IMG/VR virus record: IMGVR_UViG_3300000976_000003
Coordinates: 1 to 48,525 of that record
Reading direction: 5' to 3' (one strand)
From: a virus
DNA length: 48,525 bases
In this document: positions 1 to 8,210 of the stretch, one piece after another
Numbering within the stretch: the stretch's first letter is position 1
How the letters are laid out: the number at the start of each line of letters is the position of its first letter
Notes under the pieces: model-generated
Databases searched by the model: none
Seen by the model: the letters and a program-made list of their open reading frames with translations, nothing else
What the model was told of the DNA's origin: nothing
Translations under genes and position numbers: made by a program

Positions 1-49
1 CGCTGAAAAAGCTGCCGCTGAAAAAGCTGCCGCTGAAAAAGCTGCCGCT
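1..49 (+). repeat. 15-nt tandem repeat GCTGCCGCTGAAAAA (encodes AAAEK units), copy at window start
   Basis: Two full units plus partial units can be read directly. nt 1..41 are identical to nt 48485..48525. Confidence 0.9.
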
Positions 50-100
50 TCTTCTCCTAAATCTACCAAAACAGCGAAAGCTGTTAAAAATCAAAAATAA
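2..100 (+). CDS. C-terminal part of a small Ala/Lys-rich protein; same gene as 48273..48525
   Basis: This frame reads AEKAAAEKAAAEKAAASSPKSTKTAKAVKNQK and ends at TAA 98-100. It is in frame with the ORF that is still open at the window end when the 41-nt terminal overlap is merged. Confidence 0.6.
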   Translation, partial: AEKAAAEKAAAEKAAASSPKSTKTAKAVKNQK

Positions 101-285
101 TGGCGCAAGTTATTAACATCAATACAGGTAAAGCCTATGAGGTAAAAGCTAATGTTGCGAAAAACTTATTAAATCATCCGATTTATTCAAAGAAGTTTAC
201 AACAGGTGAAACACCCAATATAGCAGCAGCTCCTGAAGGCGTCAAAGCTGCCGCTGAAAAAGCTGCTAATAAAAAAGTAAAATAA
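100..285 (+). CDS. small protein (61 aa) with C-terminal EGVKAAAEKAA motif, paralogous tail to the wrap-around gene
   Basis: ATG overlaps the upstream TAA (TAATG). nt 241..266 repeat nt 48474..48499. Confidence 0.55.
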   Translation: MAQVININTGKAYEVKANVAKNLLNHPIYSKKFTTGETPNIAAAPEGVKAAAEKAANKKVK

Positions 286-318
286 CAGAATTTTCTGTTT
301 GTAAATAAACATTGAAAA

Positions 319-1203
319 ATGTTGAAATTTTTGGAGCTATTAGCGAGGCTCACAGGAATCGCTACAACGGAGTTGGAGGCACAACTCAAAGCAAATGCCT
401 CAGAAGATGGTACGCTAGACAAAGCTACTGTTACCAAAGTCCTTAATGATGCTTTTTCCGATAAATTCAAAAAAGTCGGTGAAGAACAGTTAAAAAGAGG
501 AAAACGTGAAAAAGCCGAAGCGTTGGAAAAAGAGATTTCTGACAAATACGGCGTAACTGGCGCAAAAGGAATTGATTTAGTCAAACTGGCAGTTGAAAAG
601 GCAAAACCAGCCGCAAAGACTGATGAATTGACTAAAGAAAATGCCTTAGAGAACGAGATTGTAAAAGACTTGCAGGAAGAACTTAGGACTGCCCTTAAAG
701 GTAAATACGAAGAAACTATTACAAGTTTACAAACTCAAATCAAAGACCAAGCGCAAAAAAACCACAGAGCCAAGGTGCTTGGTACTGCAAAGGATTTCTA
801 CTTGAAAAACAAAGCGAAAATCACAACTGATGGCGTTTTAGATGCAAGAAAATGGAAAACCTTAGAAGTTTTAATTACTCAACAAAAATACAAGGAGGTT
901 GATGGTGTACTTCAATTGATTGATGAAAAGGGAAATCGTGTAAACGATGAATTTCATGAACCAATCAAGTTTGAGGATCATCTTAAGGAACTCAATCCAT
1001 TTGGTTTTCACGAATTTGACCCTGATAAAAAAGGGGCAGAACCTGGCGGCAAAAAAGGCGGAGCAGGTGGTGCAGGTGGTAGCGGCAAGTTTAGTCACAT
1101 CAAAACGAAAGAAGATTTAGTCGAATATATTACGAACAGGGACACTAAAAAAGAAGATAGAGTTGCTGCGAAGGAATATTTCGAGAAACTTGAAAAAAAG
1201 TAA
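319..1203 (+). CDS. charged coiled-coil protein, scaffold-like (composition and position only)
   Basis: 294 aa, rich in K/E/A, with a Gly-rich segment GGKKGGAGGAGGSG near the C-terminus. It lies directly upstream of a 362-aa structural ORF. Confidence 0.4.
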   Translation: MLKFLELLARLTGIATTELEAQLKANASEDGTLDKATVTKVLNDAFSDKFKKVGEEQLKRGKREKAEALEKEISDKYGVTGAKGIDLVKLAVEKAKPAAKTDELTKENALENEIVKDLQEELRTALKGKYEETITSLQTQIKDQAQKNHRAKVLGTAKDFYLKNKAKITTDGVLDARKWKTLEVLITQQKYKEVDGVLQLIDEKGNRVNDEFHEPIKFEDHLKELNPFGFHEFDPDKKGAEPGGKKGGAGGAGGSGKFSHIKTKEDLVEYITNRDTKKEDRVAAKEYFEKLEKK

Positions 1204-1206
1204 TCG

Positions 1207-2295
1207 ATGTGTAATGCTTTTAACTGTGATGATGACTTCACAAATTTAATGTTGGAATTAACTGACGTCTGGGATGCAGAAGCAGTAACGGACGAGGTAG
1301 AGCAACCAGGTGCAGTTGCTCAATGCATGTTCAATGAACATGGAATGCAAGGTGTATCTGAAATTACTGAAAACGGTCAATGCCGTGCTTGGAAAATCAA
1401 CTGGTTACAAGATTGTGATTATGATGGTGTAAGTAAGGTAGCTGATTTTTCAGATACTGATTGTGATTTTGAAGCTACTCCTGTTGGTTTAGAGTGTGGT
1501 GAAGAAGAATACGAGCGTAACTGCTTTATGAAAGATAAAGGAAGGTCTTTCACGGATCAAGCTTGTACATCAAAATACATGGGCGTTAATTTCGCTGCCA
1601 ACCGTATTATGAGCGGCATTAAAGCTATGCGAAAAGCAATTGCTACTGATGCACTGGCTTTTTACACGGCTAATGCAGAAGCGATTAGTTGGACTGGCAC
1701 CTATGGCAATGTTGTAGGAAATCAATTGCAATTCACTTCTGCCGAGTTCAACATGAACTTGCTCTATCACTTGACAAATATTGCTCGACACGAAAAATGT
1801 ACGAATTATAAGTTGATTGACGATACTAACTTTTTTGAGTTGTATTTACAATCAATGGATGGTCAGTGTTGTAAAGATGGTAGTGCGAGAAATGCTTTTT
1901 CTCGATACAACTTATCTTTTGATACTTGGCTAGATGAGGCTCTTGGTCGACGTTCGACATTAATGTTTAATCCAAATAACTTTGGATTCATTAATACAAA
2001 CAGAGCGGTATCTAGTACTCCTACTCAAACATTGATGGATGGTCAAAATTCTGTTTGGGAGTGGTATGTAGATGATCCTGAATGGACAATTGCTGACATC
2101 GACAATGAAGGCCGAAGAACAATTCGACCAGTTCGTTATGATGTTGAGTATAGTAAAACTTGTTGCGGAAAAGATAAGCTTGGAAAACGACTTTACAAGC
2201 ATGTTTTTGTAGTAAGCTTTATGGGTGGGCGTTGGGTTTCTCCAACAGGTTGTAATGATAGCCGTTGTATTTATGAAATCGTAAATATCGGTTAA
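1207..2295 (+). CDS. Cys-rich virion-module protein; possible major capsid protein by position only
   Basis: 362 aa, 4 nt downstream of the scaffold-like ORF, with about 16 Cys. I recognise no diagnostic motif. Confidence 0.35.
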   Translation: MCNAFNCDDDFTNLMLELTDVWDAEAVTDEVEQPGAVAQCMFNEHGMQGVSEITENGQCRAWKINWLQDCDYDGVSKVADFSDTDCDFEATPVGLECGEEEYERNCFMKDKGRSFTDQACTSKYMGVNFAANRIMSGIKAMRKAIATDALAFYTANAEAISWTGTYGNVVGNQLQFTSAEFNMNLLYHLTNIARHEKCTNYKLIDDTNFFELYLQSMDGQCCKDGSARNAFSRYNLSFDTWLDEALGRRSTLMFNPNNFGFINTNRAVSSTPTQTLMDGQNSVWEWYVDDPEWTIADIDNEGRRTIRPVRYDVEYSKTCCGKDKLGKRLYKHVFVVSFMGGRWVSPTGCNDSRCIYEIVNIG

Positions 2296-3363
2296 TTGAA
2301 AGATTTAGATTGCTTAGATGGGCTTGTTGGGTTGACGGATATTGATTGTCCATGTATCACAGCAGACAGGCCACCAAACTACAATGAATCATCAAGTGGT
2401 TACTTTTTGACCGACATGGAATACGGTTTCCCTTTGGAAGCTGCTGTTTTTACGGTTGACGACTGCTTTAATGGAAAGAATGTTTGGGAGTTGATGCAAA
2501 AAGCCTTGGACGATGCAATCAGAGATTTCAAAGTAGACTTACGAAGTACGTTGTACAATAAGTTTGATAGTAAATATCAAGTTTTTTCGGGCGTAATCGG
2601 TAAAAAGAAGCAGAACGGGACAGAAGGCAGCGATGCCGTCGAAGTGAATCTAAAAATAACCCCTCGTGATATTCGTTCGGGTTGTTGGATTTTGAAAAAG
2701 ATTTGTCTCGGTGTTTCTTGTGATGCTACGATAGAAGTCAATATTTTTTCTAGCGAAAATCCTGATACGGCAATAGAGACTTTTACGGTCAATACGCAAG
2801 CAAATGAGTTTGTGGAACATGTATTTACTCAGCCATTGGAATTGCCGCTACACAGCGATAATTGTGATGATTTGCAGTATATATTCAAATATGAATTAAC
2901 ACCTGATTGTAAGCCTCTGAATAACAAATTGATTTGTTGCTCAGACAAGCACGAATGGAAGACTTATGTTGCTGCAAAAGGTTGTTATTTGACGCAAAAC
3001 GGCAAAGAGAAAACCTCTTCAAAGTGGGCTTATGGGTTAAGTCTCGAAGGGTATTTTTCTTGTGACAATATGGCTTGGATTTGTGAACTGGGCGAAGTCA
3101 ATGACTTTCATGTACTTGATGTAATTGCAAGACATATACAATTTCGTGCGATTTCAAAACTGATGGCAGCGGTATTGTCAAGTGGGAAAATAAACTTTTT
3201 TACGCTGTTATCCGACAAGGTGGTGATGGATAAAAAAAATAGCTTAAAAAAACACTACGACAACCATATTGCTTGGATAGTAGAGAATTTACCTGACAAT
3301 GGCATGGATTGTTTTAAATGTAAAAAAAATAAAGTAGGGAAAAAGAAATCCCTATTAGTATAA
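2296..3363 (+). CDS. Cys-rich virion-module protein; start uncertain
   Basis: The frame is open from the TTG immediately after the in-frame TAA (2293-2295) of the upstream ORF. The next in-frame ATG is at 2416. Confidence 0.5.
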   Translation: MKDLDCLDGLVGLTDIDCPCITADRPPNYNESSSGYFLTDMEYGFPLEAAVFTVDDCFNGKNVWELMQKALDDAIRDFKVDLRSTLYNKFDSKYQVFSGVIGKKKQNGTEGSDAVEVNLKITPRDIRSGCWILKKICLGVSCDATIEVNIFSSENPDTAIETFTVNTQANEFVEHVFTQPLELPLHSDNCDDLQYIFKYELTPDCKPLNNKLICCSDKHEWKTYVAAKGCYLTQNGKEKTSSKWAYGLSLEGYFSCDNMAWICELGEVNDFHVLDVIARHIQFRAISKLMAAVLSSGKINFFTLLSDKVVMDKKNSLKKHYDNHIAWIVENLPDNGMDCFKCKKNKVGKKKSLLV

Positions 3364-3374
3364 AATAAGAAATC

Positions 3375-3971
3375 ATGGTAAACGAATGGTTTGATATAAT
3401 TTGTAATAGTGCTGATGAATGCCGCATCGGATGCCCTGGTTGGGGTAAAGTAGCAATTCCCGAAGACCCTGACTGTTGCCTTGAAACAGAATTAGGACAA
3501 ATATGTGGTTTATATTTTGACCCCTGTTGTAAAAACCCTATTGGCGATTGGAGTGCAGAAAAGATATTAGCTTGGGCTTCAATAATTGATAACTCCGATA
3601 CAACTGCTACAAATGTAAAATATGTTGTTGTAGAAGGTTCTATACCAAAAGCTGAAAAAGTTACAGTATCGCTACCAAAAGGTAAAACGAAAACAGTCAA
3701 AAAGATTTATACTGTTACAGCAAAAGTAAAGTGTATCGGTGATGGTATTAATGATTTTATGCGGAATGTTGAAAAAGGGAATACTAATTTCAAATTTTGG
3801 TATGAATCATTAGGTGGTTATTTCTATGGTGGAAACAATGGTATTTCACCTACCTCAGCTGACGCAGACAAAATACATGAAGAGGATGCAACTTCTGTTT
3901 CTTATTGGGAAGTCGTATTGACTTTTGAAGCTTGTACAAATCCACCACGAATCGCTAACCCATTAGTCTAA
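3375..3971 (+). CDS. Cys-rich virion-module protein (198 aa)
   Basis: ATG-initiated ORF in the late operon, followed by an A-run/hairpin/T-run. Confidence 0.55.
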   Translation: MVNEWFDIICNSADECRIGCPGWGKVAIPEDPDCCLETELGQICGLYFDPCCKNPIGDWSAEKILAWASIIDNSDTTATNVKYVVVEGSIPKAEKVTVSLPKGKTKTVKKIYTVTAKVKCIGDGINDFMRNVEKGNTNFKFWYESLGGYFYGGNNGISPTSADADKIHEEDATSVSYWEVVLTFEACTNPPRIANPLV

Positions 3972-3973
3972 AG

Positions 3974-6280
3974 ATGGAATTAATAAATTTTACTATATCA
4001 AAAAAAGGCTTTCTCGCTGTGCTGGTGAGCCTTTTTTTTATTGCAAAAGCTTTTGGTCAACCTATTATCAAAGGGAAAGAGGTTGATTTTTACAGTAGCG
4101 GTATCCAAGCGGTTGCCGCTGGTGGTGTATTTGTCTCTGACTTGAATGAGAACGATGAGTTTTGTAATTCGGTGACGGTATGGAACTGTACAGATTCATT
4201 TTTGACAGTTGATATATTGTCGGCATTAGACGTACAAGGTCCTCAAGTGATTCCTGCAGGTCATACATTGACTATGACTTTGATTTCTGACCGATTTGAC
4301 GAATTGTCAATCACAGCCAATGGCGCTGGTGACATATTGGTTAATGGAATAAGAGACAATAGAGATATTCGAGTACCGGGTCAAAACATTATTACAACAT
4401 TAATTCCTGCAAATTGTACAGTTTTGTCAGAGCCTATTGAAATTGAAGGTACTGTTGAAGTTGATTTTTCGGAACTAATTGAATGGTTGGCAGCCAACGA
4501 ATTGATGATTGATTTTACAGCCTTGACGGACTGGTTGGCAGAGAATGACTTAAATATTGATTTTTCTGAATTAACGGACTGGTTGGCGAGCAATGAATTA
4601 ACAATTGAAGGTATTGACGAAATAATAGCTTGCCTTCAAACCCTTAAAGATATATTAAGCGGAGAGCTAGATGTAAATATCACCAATGAAAACATTGATG
4701 TTAATGTTGATTTTTCTGACCTCACAGATTGGTTGACGGATAACGAAATAGCCATTGATTTTCAAGAGTTATTGGACTGGTTGGATGATAATGAATTAAC
4801 CGTTGACTTCTCAGAATTAACGGATTGGTTGGGTAACAATACGCTCGATGTAAATGTAGATTTTGCGGAATTAACGGATTGGCTGGATGATAACGAGTTG
4901 AATGTGAATGTGACAAATGACAGCATTAAAATATATGGTAGTGTAGAAATTATATATCCTGATGATTCGATAAAAGCAATACAAAAAGTAACTATATCAG
5001 GCGCAGATACTTTGTTTCGCACAAGACCAACAAGCATCATAAAATGTTATGGTGCTAGTGGAACGAGTACTTCACAACATATTAATACAGACAACAAAAC
5101 TGATGCGACTTTTTCAAGTGGAGGTACTGGAGGAACATCTTTGAAATGGCAATACAACCAAAACGGCATCAATGCTGATGGTGTACAAGATTTTACAAAT
5201 GACGTTACAAACTGCATCGATTCAGGAGAAATAGCCTATTTAACGATTATTGATGTTGCGGGTAATATACTAAAGTTCGACGCAACAGCATGGATGCTTA
5301 ACTCTACAGATTTTATAGTTTTTACTGGTACCAGTTCAGCAAATTTTGCAGGAAAAGTATTAGAAGCATACTTGACTTGTGGAGACGATGCGACAGGTGG
5401 TGAGGCGATATATTGCGGTGATTGTGAGACTGGTGGCAAGTGGCATGATATGCTGACAGGTGCTATTGTAGACCCTTCGTCATTGTATGAATGTAACGTA
5501 ACCTGTGAAACGGAAATAGTATCTGGTACAGCATGTTTGATTGACAACCCTGACCAACCTGTAATCTTCTTTTTTAAAAGAGATTGCGAAGGGCTTGTTT
5601 TAGCTTCTAATTATGTATTACCTGATTTTACTGTTGTTGACCCGAACGATGTGACAACCGATTGTACAAACGATGTAGATTTGATAGAAGTAAAAGAATG
5701 TGTCGTAGATGCCAATGGAGTCGAATGGATTCGATATGCCCTATATCTTAACGGTACTCTACAATCAGAGTTTTTTGTCAATTCAGATGATTTATCTCAA
5801 TCTACAAGTATTGGGGAATTTACTACCTGTACAGATGGTTTGGTAGTCGCTGATGTCAATTGGGATTACTGTGTAGATGGCGAAAAAGTTAAACTGGTCA
5901 CTTATACAAACAACATTTCAATAGCTTACGATCCTTTTACGAATGCAATTATAGAAAAAAAACCGTCTTGTTGTATTTGCGAAACAACCGACACAGAATG
6001 TAGTGAAAGCATCTGGACACTATACAGTAAATTCCAACAACCTCATCCAAACGCTGCAAGCTATGGGGCTGGTTTTACATTCATAGGAACGGTTTCGAGT
6101 GGTACGCACCCTGTTTTGGATATTTCTATTGATAACTGGTCAGTATACCAAGTTTGTAGCGAAAAAACACCAACACCAAATCCTGATGATAACTTACACG
6201 AATGGATAAATAGTAGTGACTTGAGTACTGTTACATTTACTTCACCACAGCCAAACTTAAGCCCAACATGTTGTCAGTAA
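3974..6280 (+). CDS. large repeat-containing protein, fibre/adhesin-like, with hydrophobic signal-like N-terminus
   Basis: 768 aa. The N-terminus is GFLAVLVSLFFIAKAFGQ. It contains seven DFSELTDWL-type 16-18 aa repeats and a Cys-rich C-terminal half. Confidence 0.6.
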   Translation: MELINFTISKKGFLAVLVSLFFIAKAFGQPIIKGKEVDFYSSGIQAVAAGGVFVSDLNENDEFCNSVTVWNCTDSFLTVDILSALDVQGPQVIPAGHTLTMTLISDRFDELSITANGAGDILVNGIRDNRDIRVPGQNIITTLIPANCTVLSEPIEIEGTVEVDFSELIEWLAANELMIDFTALTDWLAENDLNIDFSELTDWLASNELTIEGIDEIIACLQTLKDILSGELDVNITNENIDVNVDFSDLTDWLTDNEIAIDFQELLDWLDDNELTVDFSELTDWLGNNTLDVNVDFAELTDWLDDNELNVNVTNDSIKIYGSVEIIYPDDSIKAIQKVTISGADTLFRTRPTSIIKCYGASGTSTSQHINTDNKTDATFSSGGTGGTSLKWQYNQNGINADGVQDFTNDVTNCIDSGEIAYLTIIDVAGNILKFDATAWMLNSTDFIVFTGTSSANFAGKVLEAYLTCGDDATGGEAIYCGDCETGGKWHDMLTGAIVDPSSLYECNVTCETEIVSGTACLIDNPDQPVIFFFKRDCEGLVLASNYVLPDFTVVDPNDVTTDCTNDVDLIEVKECVVDANGVEWIRYALYLNGTLQSEFFVNSDDLSQSTSIGEFTTCTDGLVVADVNWDYCVDGEKVKLVTYTNNISIAYDPFTNAIIEKKPSCCICETTDTECSESIWTLYSKFQQPHPNAASYGAGFTFIGTVSSGTHPVLDISIDNWSVYQVCSEKTPTPNPDDNLHEWINSSDLSTVTFTSPQPNLSPTCCQ
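4000..4039. terminator. terminator-like A7-hairpin-T8 structure overlapping the 5' end of ORF 3974
   Basis: AAAAAAAGGCT...AGCCTTTTTTTT. The stem is GGCT/AGCC extended by A:T pairs, with a loop of about 17 nt. Confidence 0.3.
4463..4912 (+). repeat. seven in-frame 48-54 nt repeats encoding DF(S/T/Q/A)xL(T/I/L)(D/E)WLxxN(E/D/T)Lx(I/V), in two blocks (4463..4606 and 4709..4912)
   Basis: Read directly from the translation: DFSELIEWLAANELMI, DFTALTDWLAENDLNI, DFSELTDWLASNELTI, a spacer, then DFSDLTDWLTDNEIAI, DFQELLDWLDDNELTV, DFSELTDWLGNNTLDVNV, DFAELTDWLDDNELNVNV. Confidence 0.9.
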
Positions 6281-7074
6281 TGAAATACACAAATATCATA
6301 TTATTTTTCTTCTTGTTTGCCTTGAATGTTCAAGGTCAAATCGAATTTGAAGAAAATATTAAATGCTGCGGTAAGTTGGAATGCGCAGAATTGGAAGGTC
6401 TGGCTGCTTGTATCAATGATTTAATCATACATCCACCATCTACAGACGAACAAACATTGACTAACAACGATGTGAACGGTGTTACTGAGTCGATTACGAT
6501 TAGCAATGGGAATACTATTCCAATCAATCACCCTGACGGGGTAATGATAAGTGAATGTGTTGGAAGATTCGTATACAATAACAATAGAACAGGATGGCTC
6601 TTTCCTTGGACTCAGATATATAATAATGTCGGTAATGTAGCAACAGTATTAGGTGATTGGGAACAGGTATCACAAACTTATATTACACCTGCTTGTGCAA
6701 GCGATGTAAGCGCGACTGCTAATCTTGGAAATCATTTAATTTATTCGAGACGAACGAGGTCATACTATTGGATAGATGTTCGATTGTTAGTGAATGGTGC
6801 ACCCGTGCAAACATGGACCTATAACAATTATCTATATCTAGACAAAAGAGACGATACTAATCCTGATGTGATTACACCACAATTGTACGAAATATATAAC
6901 CTCGGAGTTGCCCAGCTATATCGGCAAAACGTTCCCGCAAATGCTGTCGTAACAGTAGAAGCAAGACGGCGATATAGAACAGTTGGCTCACAGCCATCTA
7001 ACTATTTTAGGACAATTGGCGGACTGCGTTCAAACGTTTCGTTTGTGGCGCATAACCGCACAAACATAGAATAA
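6280..7074 (+). CDS. protein with Sec-type signal peptide (264 aa)
   Basis: I prefer ATG 6280, which overlaps the upstream TAA as TAATG. The N-terminus is MKYTNIILFFFLFALNVQGQ. Confidence 0.6.
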   Translation: MKYTNIILFFFLFALNVQGQIEFEENIKCCGKLECAELEGLAACINDLIIHPPSTDEQTLTNNDVNGVTESITISNGNTIPINHPDGVMISECVGRFVYNNNRTGWLFPWTQIYNNVGNVATVLGDWEQVSQTYITPACASDVSATANLGNHLIYSRRTRSYYWIDVRLLVNGAPVQTWTYNNYLYLDKRDDTNPDVITPQLYEIYNLGVAQLYRQNVPANAVVTVEARRRYRTVGSQPSNYFRTIGGLRSNVSFVAHNRTNIE

Positions 7075-7511
7075 TGAGATTGATATTACTTGTTTTCATC
7101 CTGCTATCAAGCTGTCAAGCTTATAGCCAATTTTACCTCCTTCAGGAAGAGTTAGGTTATCAAACAGGCTATGCCGAGTTTGATTATCAGATTCCCATGG
7201 GAGCGGAATTATTTGACACTCAAGAAGAGCTGGACAAAGCGATAAAAAAAGCTGACAAAAAGGTCATAGAAGCTTACGAAGCTTTTGAAAAGGAATTTTT
7301 GAATGTTATTGACGACGATATAGATGTCTTAGAACCCCTTATTAATCAATTGTATTTAAAAGGAACTTTCGCCGAGGTGAAAAAAAGAACGATTCGACAA
7401 CACAAAAAAGCACTTGATATACTAAAAATAAACTATTCGCAAGCCAAGCGTGAAGATGATTATATAAAATTGATTTTTGAAAAATTAATCCAACTCGGCT
7501 TCCGAGAATAA
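7074..7511 (+). CDS. putative lipoprotein (145 aa)
   Basis: The N-terminus MRLILLVFILLSSCQ contains a lipobox-like LSSC. The start is a TAATG overlap. Confidence 0.55.
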   Translation: MRLILLVFILLSSCQAYSQFYLLQEELGYQTGYAEFDYQIPMGAELFDTQEELDKAIKKADKKVIEAYEAFEKEFLNVIDDDIDVLEPLINQLYLKGTFAEVKKRTIRQHKKALDILKINYSQAKREDDYIKLIFEKLIQLGFRE

Positions 7512-7524
7512 AACACCATATACA

Positions 7525-8151
7525 ATGTGGCCTTTTGATTTATTAACAAATAAAACCGATTCAACAATGAACCCTAATTCAAATTCAAATTCAAATTCAG
7601 AAAATAAAACAAACTCAAATACTCCTGAAGGAACTGTAAAAACAATCGAGCAATTAGAAGGCTTGCTTGGTGATGAAAGTAAATTGACTAGAAAAGACGT
7701 TGCATATCACATGCTAGGCGATTTAGACATTAGCGATAAAAAAGTGCTTGCTTGTACTATTATAGAAGAATGTAAGGAGGAAGCAAGACTTGAAGTCAAA
7801 TCAAAATTGGATGATTTATCTGAGGAAAGAGGTGAGTTCTTAGGTCAATTGGAGGTTTGTAAAGATGAAAAAGCGGTTTTGGTTGCAGAAGTAGAAGAAG
7901 AATTTGCGGATGATGCTGGTTGGGATAAAATCAAAGGATGGAAACAAGAAATCCTTGATTTACAAGACAAAATCGACCGATGTACCAAAAAACAAAAGGC
8001 TAGACTTAAAATTAGAATTACTCAGGAAACATCAAATAAAGATAAAACTATCGCTTCTATTCAAAATAACATTGATAGAATTGATAAGTTGTCTGCTAGC
8101 TTGGAGTTGTCATATCAAGCTCCTAAAAGCGGAATTCCTTGTAAATGTTAA
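7525..8151 (+). CDS. coiled-coil protein with NSNSNSNS low-complexity N-terminus (208 aa)
   Basis: ORF in the late operon. The composition was read from the translation. Confidence 0.5.
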   Translation: MWPFDLLTNKTDSTMNPNSNSNSNSENKTNSNTPEGTVKTIEQLEGLLGDESKLTRKDVAYHMLGDLDISDKKVLACTIIEECKEEARLEVKSKLDDLSEERGEFLGQLEVCKDEKAVLVAEVEEEFADDAGWDKIKGWKQEILDLQDKIDRCTKKQKARLKIRITQETSNKDKTIASIQNNIDRIDKLSASLELSYQAPKSGIPCKC

Positions 8152-8210
8152 CAATGGCAAAAGCGTAAAATATAGTTGCTCTAATAAGAATAAAATTTAA
8201 ATAGTACAAG

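Noticed and set aside
1-49. Short tandem repeats (here and at 24131..24240) as possible CRISPR arrays
   Set aside because: The units are 15 nt with no spacers and lie in a coding frame, or they are iteron-type repeats inside a gene. No cas genes are present.
183-584. 133-aa minus-strand ORF spanning two plus-strand genes
   Set aside because: It is antisense to the Ala/Lys-rich and scaffold-like genes. Its low-complexity S/A/F composition is typical of a shadow ORF.
7904-8200. 98-aa ORF overlapping the 3' end of 7525..8151 in another frame
   Set aside because: It is a K/L/I-rich shadow ORF with no start context, nested in a gene of the late operon.
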